Of a stretch of 64,000 nt of DNA, positions 12,001 to 27,600 are shown piece after piece. The notes under the pieces are model-generated. The model had not been told where the DNA came from. It ran no database searches and saw nothing but the letters and a program-made list of their open reading frames with translations. The position numbers were made by a program, and so were the translations under genes. Source of the stretch: the human T2T-CHM13v2.0 reference genome, Homo sapiens; the NCBI RefSeq assembly GCF_009914755.1, contig NC_060935.1; one strand, 5' to 3'. How positions within the stretch are numbered: the first letter of the stretch is position 1; the number at the start of each line of letters is the position of its first letter.

Positions 12001-15000
12001 CCTCTGTGAAGATTTCTTTGGAAACGTGTTCATCTTCACAGAAAAACTAAACAGAAGCATTCTCAAAAACTACTTTGTGATGTTTGTGTTCCACTTCAAG
12101 AATTGAACTTTCCTCTTGACAGAGCAGCTCTGAAAACCTCTTTTTCTAGAATCTGCAAGTGGACATTTGGAGGGCTTTGAGGCCTGTGGTGGAAAAGGAA
12201 AATCTTCACATAAAAACTAGATGGAAGCATTCTCAGAAACTACTTTGTGATGATTGCATTCGACTCACAGAGTTGAACATTCCTATAGATAGAGCAGGTT
12301 GTAAACAATCTTTTTGTGGAATCTGCGATTGGAGATTCGGACTGCTTTGAGGCCTACTGTAGTAGAGGAAATAACTTCATCTAAAAACCAAACGGAAGCA
12401 TTCACAGACAATTCTTAGTGATCATTGCATTGAACTAACAGAGCTGAACATTCCTTTAGATGGAGCAGTTTCCAAACCCACTTTCTGTAGAATCTTCAAG
12501 TGGATATTTGGACTTCTCTGAGGATTTCGTTGGAAACGGGATAAACTTCCCAGAACTACACGGAAGCATTGTGAGAAACATCTTTGTGATGTTTGCATTC
12601 AACTCACAGAGTTGAACCTTGCTTTCATAGTTCAGCTTTCAAACACTCTTTTTGTAGAATCTGCAAGTGGATATTTGGACCACTTTGTGGCCTTCCTTCG
12701 AAACGGGTATATCTTCCCATCAAACCTAGACAGAAGCATTCTCAGAATGTTTCCTGTGATGACTGCATTCAACTCACAGAGGTGAACAATCCTGTTGATG
12801 GAGCAGTTTTGAAACTCTCTTTCTTTGGATTCTGCAAGTTGATATGTGGACCTCTGTGAAGATTTCGTTGGAAACGGGTTCATCTTCACAGAAAAACTAA
12901 ACAGAAGCATTCTCTGAAACTACTTTGTGATGTTTGTGTTCCACTTCTAGAATTGAACTTTCCTCTTGACAGAGCAGCTCTGAAACCCTCTTTTTCTAGA
13001 ATCTGCAAGTGGACATTTGGAGGGCTTTGAGGCCTGTGGTGGAAAAGGAAAATCTTCACATAAAAACTAGATGGAAGCATTCTCAGAAACTACTTTGTGA
13101 TGATTGCATTCGACTCACAGAGTTGAACATTCCTATAGATAGAGCAGGTTGTAAACAATCTTTTTGTAGAATCTGCGATTGGAGATTTGGACTGCTTTGA
13201 GGCCTACTGTAGTAAAGGAAATAACTTCATCTAAAAACCAAACGGAAGCATTCACAGACAATTCTTAGTGATCATTGCATTGAACTAACAGAGCTGAACA
13301 TTCCTTTAGATGGCGCAGTTTCCAAACACACTTTCTGTAGAATCTGCAAGTGGATATTTGGACCTCTCTGAGGATTTCGTTGGAAACGGGATAAACTTCC
13401 CAGAACTACACGGAAGCATGCTGAGAAACTTCTTTGTGATGTTTGCATTCAACTCACAGAGTTGAACCTTGCTTTCATAGTTCAGCTTTCAAACACTCTT
13501 TTTGTAGAATCTGCAAGTGGATATTTGGACCACTTTGTGGCCTTCCTTCGAAACGGGTATATCTTCACATCAAACCTAGACAGAAGCATTCTCAGAATGT
13601 TTCCTGTGATGACTGCATTCAACTCACAGAGGTGAACAATCCTGCTGATGGAGCAATTTTGAAACTCTCTTTCTTTGGATTCTGCAAGTGGATATGTGGA
13701 CCTCTGTGAAGATTTCGTTGGAAACGGGTTCATCTTCACAGAAAAACTAAACAGAAGCATTCTCAGAAACTGCTTTGTGATGTTTGTGTTCCACTTCAGG
13801 AATTGAACTTTCCTCTTGACAGAGCAGCTCTGAAACCCTCTTATTCTAGAATCTGCAAGTGGACATTTGGAGGGCTTTGAGGCCTGTGGTGGAAAAGGAA
13901 AATCTTCACATAAAAACTAGATGGAAGCATTCTCAGAAACTACTTTGTGATGATTGCATTCGACTCACAGAGTTGAACATTCCTATAGATAGAGCAGGTT
14001 GTAAACAATCTTTTTGTAGAATCTGCGATTGGAGATTCGGACTGCTTTGAGGCCTACTGTAGTAAAGGAAATAACTTCATCTAAAAACCAAACGGAAGCA
14101 TTCACAGACAATTCTTAGTGATCATTGCATTGAACTAACAGAGCTGAACATTCCTTTACATGGCGCAGTTTCCAAACACACTTTCTGTAGAATCTGCAAG
14201 TGGATATTTGGACCTCTCTGAGGATTTCGTTGGAAACGGGATAAACTTCCCAGAACTACACGGAAGCATGCTGAGAAACTTCTTTGTGATGTTTGCATTC
14301 AACTCACAGAGTTGAACCTTGCTTTCATAGTTCAGCTTTCAAACACTTTTTTTGTAGAATCTGCAAGTGGATATTTGGACCACTTTGTGGCCTTCCTTCG
14401 AAACGGGTATATCTTCACATCAAACCTAGACAGAAGCATTCTCAGAATGTTTCCTGTGATGACTGCATTCAACTCACAGAGGTGAACAATCCTGCTGATG
14501 GAGGAGTTTTGAAACTCTCTTTCTTTGGATTCTGCAAGTGGATATGTGGACCTCTGTGAAGATTTCGTTGGAAACGGGTTCATCTTCACAGAAAAACTAA
14601 ACAGAAGCATTCTCAGAAACTGCTTTGTGATGTTTGTGTTCCACTTCAGGAATTGAACTTTCCTCTTGACAGAGCAGCTCTGAAACCCTCTTATTCTAGA
14701 ATCTGCAAGTGGACATTTGGAGGGCTTTGAGGCCTGTGGTGGAAAAGGAAAATCTTCACATAAAAACTAGATGGAAGCATTCTCAGAAACTACTTTGTGA
14801 TGATTGCATTCGACTCACAGAGTTGAACATTCCTATAGATAGAGCAGGTTGTAAACAATCTTTTTCTAGAATCTGCTATTGGAGATTTGGACTGCTTTGA
14901 GGCCTACTGTAGTAAAGGAAATAACTTCATCTAAAAACCAAACGGAAGCATTCACAGACAATTCTCAGTGATCATTGGATTGAACTAACAGAGCTGAACA

Positions 15001-18000
15001 TTCCTTTAGATGGAGCAGTTTCCAAACAAACTTTCTGTAGAATCTGCAAGTGGATATTTGGACTTCTCTGAGAATTTCGTTGGAAAAGGGATAAACTTCC
15101 CAGAACTACACGGAAGCATTGTGAGAAACTTCTTTGTGATGTTTGCATTCAACTCACAGAGTTGAACCTTGCTTTCATAGTTCAGCTTTCAAACACTCTT
15201 TTTGTAGAATCTGCAAGTGGATATTTGGACCACTTTGTGGCCTTCCTTCGAAACGGGTATATCTTCACATCAAACCTAGACAGAAGCATTCTCAGAATGT
15301 TTCCTGTGATGACTGCATTCAACTCACAGAGGTGAACAATCCTGCTGATGGAGCAGTTTTGAAACTCTCTTTCTTTGGATTCTGCATGTGGATATGTTGA
15401 CCTCTGTGAAGATTTCGTTGGAAACGGGTTCATCTTCACAGAAAAACTAAACAGGAGCATTCTCAGAAACTGCTTTGTGATGTTTGTGTTCCACTTCAAG
15501 AATTGAACTTTCCTCTTGACAGAGCAGCTCTGAAACCCTCTTTTTCTAGAATCTGCAAGTGGACATTTGGAAGGATTTGAGGCCTGTGGTGGAAAAGGAA
15601 AATCTTCACATAAAAACTAGATGGAAGCATTCTCAGAAACTACTTTGTGATGATTGCATTCGACGCACAGAGTTGAACATTCCTATAGAGAGAGCAGGTT
15701 GTAAACAATCTTTTTGTAGAATCTGCGATTGGAGATTTGGACTGCTTTGAGGCTTACTGTAGTAAAGGAAATAACTTCATCTAAAAACCAAACGGAAGCA
15801 TTCACAGACAATTCTTAGTGATCATTGGATTGAGCTAACAGAGCTGAACATTCCTTTAGATGGAGCAGTTTCCAAACCCACTTTCTGTAGAATCTGCAAG
15901 TGGATATTTGTACTTCTCTGAGGATTTCGTTGGAAACGGGATAAACTTCCCAGAACTACACGGAAGCATTGTGAGAAACTTCTTTGTGATGTTTGCATTC
16001 AACTCACAGAGTTGAACCTTGCTTTCATAGTTCAGCTTTCAAACACTCTTTTTGTAGAATCTGCAAGTGGATATTTGGACCACTTTGTGGCCTTCCTTCG
16101 AAACGGGTATATCTTCACATCAAACCTAGACAGAAGCATTCTCAGAATGTTTCCTGTGATGACTGCATTCAACTCACAGAGGTGAACAATCCTGCTGATG
16201 GAGCAATTTTGAAACTCTCTTTCTTTGGATTCTGCAAGTGGATATGTGGACCTCTGTGAAGATTTCGTTGGAAACGGGTTCATCTTCACAGAAAAACTAA
16301 ACAGAAGCATTCTCAGAAACTGCTTTGTGATGTTTGTGTTCCACTTCAGGAATTGAACTTTCCTCTTGACAGAGCAGCTCTGAAACCCTCTTATTCTAGA
16401 ATCTGCAAGTGGACATTTGGAGGGCTTTGAGGCCTGTGGTGGAAAAGGAAAATCTTCACATAAAAACTAGATGGAAGCATTCTCAGAAACTACTTTGTGA
16501 TGATTGCATTCGACTCACAGAGTTGAACATTCCTATAGATAGAGCAGGTTGTAAACAATCTTTTTGTAGAATCTGCGATTGGAGATTTGGACTGCTTTGA
16601 GGCCTACTGTAGTAAAGGAAATAACTTCATCTAAAAACCAAACGGAAGCATTCACAGACAATTCTTAGTGATCATTGCATTGAACTAACAGAGCTGAACA
16701 TTCCTTTAGATGGCGCAGTTTCCAAACACACTTTCTGTAGAATCTGCAAGTGGATATTTGGACTTCTCTGAGGATTTCGTTGGAAACGGGATAAACTTCC
16801 CAGAACTACACGGAAGCATTGTGAGAAACTTCTTTGTGATGTTTGCATTCAACTCACAGAGTTGAACCTTGCTTTCATAGTTCAGCTTTCAAACACTCTT
16901 TTTGTAGAATCTGCAAGTGGATATTTGGACCACTTTGTGGCCTTCCTTCGAAACGGGTATATCTTCACATCAAACCTAGACATAAGCATTCTCAGAATGT
17001 TTCCTGTGAAGACTGCATTCAACTCACAGAGATGAACAATCCTGTTGATGGAGCACTTTGGAAACTCTCTTTCTTTGGATTCTGCAAGTTGATATGTGGA
17101 CCTCTGTGAAGATTTCGTTGGAAACGGGTTCATCTTCACAGAAAAACTAAACGGAAGCATTCTCAAAAACTACTTTGTGATGTTTGTGTTCCACTTCAAG
17201 AATTGAACTTTCCTCTTGACAGAGCAGTTCTGAAAACCTCTTTTTCTAGAATCTGCAAGTGGACATTTGGAGGGCTTTGAGGCCTGTGGTGGAAAAGGAA
17301 AATCTTCACATAAAAACTACATGGAAGCATTCTCAGAAACTACTTTGTGATGATTGCATTCGACTCACAGAGTTGAACATTCCTATAGATAGAGCAGGTT
17401 GTAAACAATCTTTTTGTAGAATCTGCGATTGGAGATTCGGACTGCTTTGAGGCCTACTGTAGTAAAGGAAATAACTTCATCTAAAAACCAAACGGAAGCA
17501 TTCACAGACAATTCTTAGTGATCATTGCATTGAACTAACAGAGCTGAACATTCCTTTACATGGCGCAGTTTCCAAACACACTTTCTGTAGAATCTGCAAG
17601 TGGATATTTGGACCTCTCTGAGGATTTCGTTGGAAACGGGATAAACTTCCCAGAACTACACGGAAGCATGCTGAGAAACTTCTTTGTGATGTTTGCATTC
17701 AACTCACAGAGTTGAACCTTGCTTTCATAGTTCAGCTTTCAAACACTTTTTTTGTAGAATCTGCAAGTGGATATTTGGACCACTTTGTGGCCTTCCTTCG
17801 AAACGGGTATATCTTCACATCAAACCTAGACAGAAGCATTCTCAGAATGTTTCCTGTGATGACTGCATTCAACTCACAGAGGTGAACAATCCTGCTGATG
17901 GAGGAGTTTTGAAACTCTCTTTCTTTGGATTCTGCAAGTGGATATGTGGACCTCTGTGAAGATTTCGTTGGAAACGGGTTCATCTTCACAGAAAAACTAA

Positions 18001-21000
18001 ACAGAAGCATTCTCAGAAACTGCTTTGTGATGTTTGTGTTCCACTTCAGGAATTGAACTTTCCTCTTGACAGAGCAGCTCTGAAACCCTCTTATTCTAGA
18101 ATCTGCAAGTGGACATTTGGAGGGCTTTGAGGCCTGTGGTGGAAAAGGAAAATCTTCACATAAAAACTAGATGGAAGCATTCTCAGAAACTACTTTGTGA
18201 TGATTGCATTCGACTCACAGAGTTGAACATTCCTATAGATAGAGCAGGTTGTAAACAATCTTTTTCTAGAATCTGCTATTGCAGATTTGGACTGCTTTGA
18301 GGCCTACTGTAGTAAAGGAAATAACTTCATCTAAAAACCAAACGGAAGCATTCACAGACAATTCTCAGTGATCATTGGATTGAACTAACAGAGCTGAACA
18401 TTCCTTTAGATGGAGCAGTTTCCAAACAAACTTTCTGTAGAATCTGCAAGTGGATATTTGGACTACTCTGAGAATTTCGTTGGAAAAGGGATAAACTTCC
18501 CAGAACTACACGGAAGCATTGTGAGAAACTTCTTTGTGATGTTTGCATTCAACTCACAGAGTTGAACCTTGCTTTCATAGTTCAGCTTTCAAACACTCTT
18601 TTTGTAGAATCTGCAAGTGGATATTTGGACCACTTTGTGGCCTTCCTTCGAAACGGGTATATCTTCACATCAAACCTAGACAGAAGCATTCTCAGAATGT
18701 TTCCTGTGATGACTGCATTCAACTCACAGAGGTGAACAATCCTGCTGATGGAGCAGTTTTGAAACTCTCTTTCTTTGGATTCTGCATGTGGATATGTTGA
18801 CCTCTGTGAAGATTTCGTTGGAAACGGGTTCATCTTCACAGAAAAACTAAACAGGAGCATTCTCAGAAACTGCTTTGTGATGTTTGTGTTCCACTTCAAG
18901 AATTGAACTTTCCTCTTGACAGAGCAGCTCTGAAACCCTCTTTTTCTAGAATCTGCAAGTGGACATTTGGAAGGATTTGAGGCCTGTGGTGGAAAAGGAA
19001 AATCTTCACATAAAAACTAGATGGAAGCATTCTCAGAAACTACTTTGTGATGATTGCATTCGACGCACAGAGTTGAACATTCCTATAGAGAGAGCAGGTT
19101 GTAAACAATCTTTTTGTAGAATCTGCGATTGGAGATTTGGACTGCTTTGAGGCTTACTGTAGTAAAGGAAATAACTTCATCTAAAAACCAAACGGAAGCA
19201 TTCACAGACAATTCTTAGTGATCATTGGATTGAGCTAACAGAGCTGAACATTCCTTTAGATGGCGCAGTTTCCAAACCCACTTTCTGTAGAATCTGCAAG
19301 TGGATATTTGTACTTCTCTGAGGATTTCGTTGGAAACGGGATAAACTTCCCAGAACTACACGGAAGCATTGTGAGAAACTTCTTTGTGATGTTTGCATTC
19401 AACTCACAGAGTTGAACCTTGCTTTCATAGTTCAGCTTTCAAACACTCTTTTTGTACAATCTGCAAGTGGATATTTGGACCACTTTGTGGCCTTCCTTCG
19501 AAACGGGTATATCTTCACATCAAACCTAGACAGAAGCATTCTCAGAATGTTTCCTGTGATGACTGCATTCAACTCACAGAGGTGAACAATCCTGCTGATG
19601 GAGGAGTTTTGAAACTCTCTTTCTTTGGATTCTGCAAGTGGATATGTGGACCTCTGTGAAGATTTCGTTGGAAACGGGTTCATCTTCACAGAAAAACTAA
19701 ACAGAAGCATTCTCAGAAACTGCTTTGTGATGTTTGTGTTCCACTTCAGGAATTGAACTTTCCTCTTGACAGAGCAGCTCTGAAACCCTATTTTTCTAGA
19801 ATCTGCAAGTGGACATTTGGAGGGCTTTGAGGCCTGTGGTGGAAAAGGAAAATCTTCACATAAAAACTAGATGGAAGCATTCTCAGAAACTACTTTGTGA
19901 TGATTGCATTCGACTCACAGAGTTGAACATTCCTATAGATAGAGCAGGTTGTAAACAATCTTTTTCTAGAATCTGCGATTGGAGATTTGGACAGCTTTGA
20001 GGCCTACTGTAGTAAAGGAAATAACTTCATCTAAAAACCAAACGGAAGCATTCACAGACAATTCTTAGTGATCATTGGATTGAACTAACAGAGCTGAACA
20101 TTCCTTTAGATGGAGCAGTTTCCAAACCCACTTTCTGTAGAATCTGCAAGTGGATATTTGGACTTCTCTGAGGATTTCGTTGGAAACGGGATAAACTTCC
20201 CAGAACTACAGGGAAGCATTGTGAGAAACTTCTTTGTGATGTTTGCATTCAACTCACAGAGTTGAACCTTGCTTTCATAGTTCAGCTTTCAAACACTCTT
20301 TTTGTAGAATCTGCAAGTGGATATTTGGACCACTTTGTGGCCTTCCTTCGAAACGGGTATATCTTCACATCAAACCTAGACAGAAGCATTCTCAGAATGT
20401 TTCCTGTGAAGATTGCATTCAACTCACAGAGATGAACAATCCTGTTGATGGAGCACTTTGGAAACTCTCTTTCTTGGGATTCTGCAAGTGGATATGTGGA
20501 CCTCTGTGAAGATTTCGTTGGAAACGGGTTCATCTTCACAGAAAAACTAAACAGAAGCATTTTCAAAAACTACTTTGTGATGTTTGTGTTCCACTTCAAG
20601 AATTGAACTTTCCTCTTGACAGAGCAGCTCTGAAACCCTCTTTTTCTAGAATCTGCAAGTGGACATTTGGAGGGCTTTGAGGCCTGTGGTGGAAAAGGAA
20701 AATCTTCACATAAAAACTAGATGGAAGCATTCTCAGAAACTACTTTGTGATGATTGCATTCGACTCACAGAGTTGAACATTCCTATAGATAGAGCAGGTT
20801 GTAAACAATCTTTTTGTAGAATCTGCGATTGGAGATTTGGACTGCTTTGAGGCCTACTGTAGTAAAGGAAATAACTTCATCTAAAAACCAAACGGAAGCA
20901 TTCACAGACAATTCTTAGTGATCATTGCATTGAACTAACAGAGCTGAACATTCCTTTAGATGGAGCAGTTTCCAAACACACTTTTTGTAGAATCTGCAAG

Positions 21001-21813
21001 TGGATATTTGGACTTCTCTGAGGATTTCGTTGGAAACGGGATAAACTTCCCAGAACTACACGGAAGCATTGTGAGAAACTTCTTTGTGATGTTTGCATTC
21101 AACTCACAGAGTTGAACCTTGCTTTCATAGTTCAGCTTTCAAACACTCTTTTTGTAGAATCTGCAAGTGCATATTTGGACCACTTTGTGGCCTTCCTTCG
21201 AAACGGGTATATCTTCACATCAAACCTAGACAGAAGCATTCTCAGAATGTTTCCTGTGAAGACTGCATTCAACTCACAGAGATGAACAATCCTGTTGATG
21301 GAGCACTTTGGAAACTCTCTTTCTTGGGATTCTGCAAGTTGATATGTGGACCTCTGTGAAGATTTCTTTGGAAACGTGTTCATCTTCACAGAAAAACTAA
21401 ACAGAAGCATTCTCAAAAACTACTTTGTGATGTTTGTGTTCCACTTCAAGAATTGAACTTTCCTCTTGACAGAGCAGCTCTGAAAACCTCTTTTTCTAGA
21501 ATCTGCAAGTGGACATTTGGAGGGCTTTGAGGCCTGTGGTGGAAAAGGAAAATCTTCACATAAAAACTAGATGGAAGCATTCTCAGAAACTACTTTGTGA
21601 TGATTGCATTCGACTCACAGAGTTGAACATTCCTATAGATAGAGCAGGTTGTAAACAATCTTTTTGTGGAATCTGCGATTGGAGATTCGGACTGCTTTGA
21701 GGCCTACTGTAGTAGAGGAAATAACTTCATCTAAAAACCAAACGGAAGCATTCACAGACAATTCTTAGTGATCATTGCATTGAACTAACAGAGCTGAACA
21801 TTCCTTTAGATGG
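3079..21813 (+). repeat. Tandem duplication of an 11-HOR block (2 x 9,350 bp)
   Basis: The ordered series of unit-specific variants recurs at +9350 (ORF signatures 3243/12593, 4943/14293, 6209/15559, 7909/17259, 8759/18109, 10459/19809, 11743/21093, 12159/21509). Confidence 0.92.
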
Positions 21814-24659
21814 CGCAGTTTCCAAACACACTTTCTGTAGAATCTGCAAGTGGATATTTGGACCTCTCTGAGGATTTCGTTAGAAACGGGATAAACTTCC
21901 CAGAACTACACGGAAGCATGCTGAGAAACTTCTTTGTGATGTTTGCATTCAACTCACAGGGTTGAACCTTGCTTTCATAGTTCAGCTTTCAAACACTCTT
22001 TTTGTAGAATCTGCAAGTGGATATTTGGACCACTTTGTGGCCTTCCTTCGAAACGGGTATATCTTCACATCAAACCTAGACAGAAGCATTCTCAGAATGT
22101 TTCCTGTGATGACTGCATTCAACTCACAGAGGTGAACAATCCTGCTGATGGAGCAATTTTGAAACTCTCTTTCTTTGGATTCTGCAAGTGGATATGTGGA
22201 CCTCTGTGAAGATTTCGTTGGAAACGGGTTCATCTTCACAGAAAAACTAAACAGAAGCATTCTCAGAAAGTGCTTTGTGATGTTTGTGTTCCACTTCAGG
22301 AATTGAACTTTCCTCTTGACAGAGCAGCTCTGAAACCCTCTTATTCTAGAATCTGCAAGTGGACATTTGGAGGGCTTTGAGGCCTGTGGTGGAAAAGGAA
22401 AATCTTCACATAAAAACTAGATGGAAGCATTCTCAGAAACTACTTTGTGATGATTGCATTCGACTCACAGAGTTGAACATTCCTATAGATAGAGCAGGTT
22501 GTAAACAATCTTTTTGTAGAATCTGCGATTGGAGATTTGGACTGCTTTGAGTCCTACTGTAGTAAAGGAAATAACTTCATCTAAAAACCAAACGGAAGCA
22601 TTCACAGACAATTCTTAGTGATCATTGCATTGAACTAACAGAGCTGAACATTCCTTTAGATGGAGCAGTTTCCAAACACACTTTCTGTAGAACCTGCAAG
22701 TGGATATTTGGACCTCTCTGAGGATTTCGTTGGAAACGGGATAAACTTCCCAGAACTACACGGAAGCATTGTGAGAAACTTCTTTGTGATGTTTGCATTC
22801 AACTCACAGAGTTGAACCTTGCTTTCATAGTTCAGCTTTCAAACACTCTTTTTGTAGAATCTGCAAGTGGATATTTGGACCACTTTGTGGCCTTCCTTCG
22901 AAACGGGTATATCTTCACATCAAACCTAGACAGAAGCATTCTCAGAATGTTTCCTGTGATGACTGCATTCAACTCACAGAGGTGAACAATCCTGCTGATG
23001 GAGCAGTTTTGAAACTCTCTTTCTTTGGATTCTGCAAGTGGATATGTGGACCTCTGTGAAGATTTCGTTGGAAACGGGTTCATCTTCACAGAAAAACTAA
23101 ACAGAAACATTCTCACAAACTGCTTTGTGATGTTTGTGTTCCACTTCAGGAATTGAACTTTCCTCTTGACAGAGCAGCTCTGAAACCCTCTTATTCTAGA
23201 ATCTGCAAGTGGACATTTGGAGGGCTTTGAGGCCTGTAGTGGAAAAGGAAAATCTTCAGATAAAAACTAGATGGAAGCATTCTCAGAAACTACTTTGTGA
23301 TGATTGCATTCGACTCACAGAGTTGAACATTCCTATAGATAGAGCAGGTTGTAAACAATCTTTTTGTAGAATCTGCGATTGGAGATTTGGACTGCTTTGA
23401 GGCCTACTGTAGTAAAGGAAATAACTTCATCTAAAAACCAAACGGAAGCATTCACAGACAATTCTTAGTGATCATTGGATTGAACTAACAGAGCTGAACA
23501 TTCCTTTAGATGGCGCAGTTTCCAAACACACTTTCTGTAGAATCTGCAAGTGGATATTTGGACTTCTCTGAGGATTTCGTTGGAAACGGGATAAACTTCC
23601 CAGAACTACACGGAAGGATTGTGAGAAACTTCTTTGTGATGTTTGATTTCAACTCACAGAGTTGAACCTTGCTTTCATAGTTCAGCTTTCAAACACTCTT
23701 TTTGTAGAATCTGCAAGTGGATATTTGGACCACTTTTTGGGCTTCCTTCGAAACGGGTATATCTTCACATCAAACCTACACAGAAACATTCTCAGAATGT
23801 TTCCTGTGATGACTGCATTCAACTCACAGAGGTGAACAATCCTGCTGATGGAGCAGTTTTGAAACTCTCTTTCTTTGGATTCTGCAAGTGGATATGTGGA
23901 CCTCTGTGAAGATTTCGTTGGAAACGGGTTCATCTTCACAGAAAAACTAAACAGGAGCATTCTCAGAAACTGCTTTGTGATGTTTGTGTTCCACTTCAAG
24001 AATTGAACTTTCCTCTTGACAGAGCAGCTCTGAAACCCTATTTTTCTAGAATATGCAAGTGGACATTTGGAGGGCTTTGAGGCCTGTGGTGGAAAAGGAA
24101 AATCTTCACATAAAAACTAGATGGAAGCATTCTCAGAAACTACTTTGTGATGATTGCATTCGACGCACAGAGTTGAACATTCCTATAGATAGAGCAGGTT
24201 GTAAACAATCTTTTTGTAGAATCTGCGATTGGAGATTTGGACTGCTTTGAGGCCTACTGTAGTAAAGGAAATAACTTCATCTAAAAACCAAACGGAAGCA
24301 TTCACAGACAATTCTTAGTGATCATTGCATTGAACTAACAGAGCTGAACATTCCTTTAGATGGCGCAGTTTCCAAACACACTTTCTGTAGAATCTGCAAG
24401 TGGATATTTGGACTTCTCTGAGGATTTCGTTGGAAACGGGATAAACTTCCCAGAACTACACGGAAGCATTGTGAGAAACTTCTTTGTGATGTTTGCATTC
24501 AACTCACAGAGTTGAAACTTGCTTTCATAGTTCAGCTTTCAAACACTCTTTTTGTAGAATCTGCAAGTGGATATTTGGACCACTTTGTGGCCTTCCTTCG
24601 AAACGGGTATATCTTCACATCAAACCTAGACAGAAGCATTCTCAGAATGTTTCCTGTGA

Positions 24660-27600
24660 AGACTGCATTCAACTCACAGAGATGAACAATCCTGTTGATG
24701 GAGCACTTTGGAAACTCTCTTTCTTGGGATTCTGCAAGTTGATATGTGGACCTCTGTGAAGATTTCGTTGGAAACGGGTTCATCTTCACAGAAAAACTAA
24801 ACAGAAGCATTCTCAAAAACTACTTTGTGATGTTTGTGTTCCACTTCAAGAATTGAACTTTCCTCTTGACAGAGCAGCTCTGAAAACCTCTTTTTCTAGA
24901 ATCTGCAAGTGGACATTTGGAGGGCTTTGAGGCCTGTGGTGGAAAAGGAAAATCTTCACATAAAAACTAGATGGAAGCATTCTCAGAAACTACTTTGGGA
25001 TGATTGCATTCGACTCACAGAGTTGAACATTCCTATAGATAGAGCAGGTTGTAAACAATCTTTTTGTAGAAAATGCGATTGGAGATTTGGACTGCTTTGA
25101 GGCCTACTGTAGTAAAGGAAATAACTTCATCTAAAAACCAAACGGAAGCATTCACAGACAATTCTTAGTGATCATTGCATTGAACTAACAGAGCTGAACA
25201 TTCCTTTAGATGGAGCAGTTTCCAAACCCACTTTCTGTAGAATCTGCAAGTGGATATTTGGACTTCTCTGAGGATTTCGTTGGAAACGGGATAAACTTCC
25301 CAGAACTACACGGAAGCATTGTGAGAAACTTCTTTGTGATGTTTGCATTCATCTCACAGAGTTGAACCTTGCTTTCATAGTTCAGCTTTCAAACACTCTT
25401 TTTGTAGAATCTGCAAGTGGATATTTGGACCACTTTGTGGCCTTCCTTCGAAACGGGTATATCTTCACATCAAACCTAGACAGAAGCATTCTCAGAATGT
25501 TTCCTGTGATGACTGCATTCAACTCACAGAGGTGAACAATCCTGCTGATGGAGCAGTTTTGAAACTCTCTTTCTTTGGATTCTACAAGTGGATATGTGGA
25601 CCTCTGTGAAGATTTCGTTGGAAACGGGTTCATCTTCACAGAAAAACTAAACAGAAGCATTCTCAGAAACTGCTTTGTGATGTTTGTGTTCCACTTCAGG
25701 AATTGAACTTTCCTCTTGACAGAGCAGCTCTGAAACCCTCTTATTCTAGAATCTGCAAGTGGACATTTGGAGGGCTTTGAGGCCTGTGGTGGAAAAGGAA
25801 AATCTTCACATAAAAACTAGATGGAAGCATTCTCAGAAACTACTTTGTGATGATGGCTTTCGACTCACAGAGTTGAACATTCCTATAGATAGAGCAGGTT
25901 GTAAACAATCTTTTTGTAGAATCTGCGATTGGAGATTTGGACTGCTTTGAGGCCTACTGTAGTAAAGGAAATAACTTCATCTAAAAACCAAACGGAAGCA
26001 TTCACAGACAATACTTAGTGATCATTGGATTGAACTAACAGAGCTGAACATTCCTTTAGATGGAGCAGTTTCCAAACACACTTTCTGTAGAATCTGCAAG
26101 TGGATATTTGGACTTCTCTGAGGATTTCGTTGGAAACGGGATAAAATTCCCAGAACTACACGGAAGCATTCTGAGAAACTTCTTTGTAATGTTTGCATTC
26201 AACTCACAGAGTTGAACCTTGCTTTCATAGTTCAGCTTTCAAACACTCTTTTTGTGCAATCTGCAAGTGGATATTTGGACCACTTTGTGGCCTTCCTTCG
26301 AAACGGGTATATCTTCATATCAAACCTAGACAGAAGCATTCTCAGAATGTTTCCTGTGATGACTGCATTCAACTCACAGAGGTGAACAATCCTGCTGATG
26401 GAGCAGTTTTGAAACTCTCTTTCTTTGGATTCTGCAAGTGGATATGTGGACGTCTGTGAAGATTTCGTTGGAAACGGGTTCATCTTCACAGAAAAACTAA
26501 ACAGGAGCATTCTCAGAAACTGCTTTGTGATGTTTGTGTTCCACTTCAGGAATTGAACTTTCCTCTTGACTGAGCAGCTCTGAAACCCTCTTTTTCTAGA
26601 ATCTGCAAGTGGACATTTGGAGGGCTTTGAGGCCTGTGGTGGAAAAGGAAAATCTTCACATAAAAACTAGATGGAAGCATTCTCAGAAACTACTTTGTGA
26701 TGATTGCATTCGACTCACAGAGTTGAACATTCCTATAGATAGAGCAGGTTGTAAACAATCTTTTTGTAGAATCTGCGATTGGAGATTTGGACTGCTTTGA
26801 GGCCTACTGTAGTAGAGGAAATAACTTCATCTAAAAACCAAACGGAAGCATTCACAGACAATTCTTAGTGATCATTGCATTGAACTAACAGAGCTGAACA
26901 TTCCTTTAGATGGAGCAGTTTCCAAACACACTTTCTGTAGAATCTGCAAGTGGATATTTGGACTTCTCTGAGGATTTCGTTGGAAACGGGATAAACTTCT
27001 CAGAACTACACGGAAGCATTCTGAGAAACTTCTTTGTGATGTTTGCATTCAACTCACAGAGTTGAACCTTGCTTTCATAGTTCAGCTTTCAAACACTCTT
27101 TTTGTAGAATCTGCAAGTGGATATTTGGACCACTTTGTGGCCTTCCTTCGAAACGGGTATATCTTCACATCAAACCTAGACAGAAGCATTCTCAGAATGT
27201 TTCCTGTGATGACTGCATTCAACTCACAGAGGTGAACAATCCTGTTGATGGAGCAGTTTTGAAACTCTCTTTCTTTGGATTCTGCAAGTTGATATGTGGA
27301 CCTCTGTGAAGATTTCGTTGGAAACGGGTTCATCTTCACAGAAAAACTAAACAGAATCATTCTCAGAAACTGCTTTGTGATGTTTGTGTTCCACTTCAAG
27401 AATTGAACTTTCCTCTTGACAGAGCAGCTCTGAAACCCTCTTTTTCTAGAATCTGCAAGTGGACATTTGGAGGGCTTTGAGGTCTGTGGTGGAAAAGGAA
27501 AATCTTCACATAAAAACTAGATGGAAGCATTCTCAGAAACTACTTTGTGATGATTGCATTCGACTCACAGAGTTGAACATTCCTATAGATAGAGCAGGTT

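Noticed and set aside
21875-21891. TTCGTTAGAAACGGG and TTCGTGGGAAACGGG (49071, 60967) as broken CENP-B boxes
   Set aside because: The changes fall in non-essential positions of nTTCGnnnnAnnCGGGn, so they were counted as intact.
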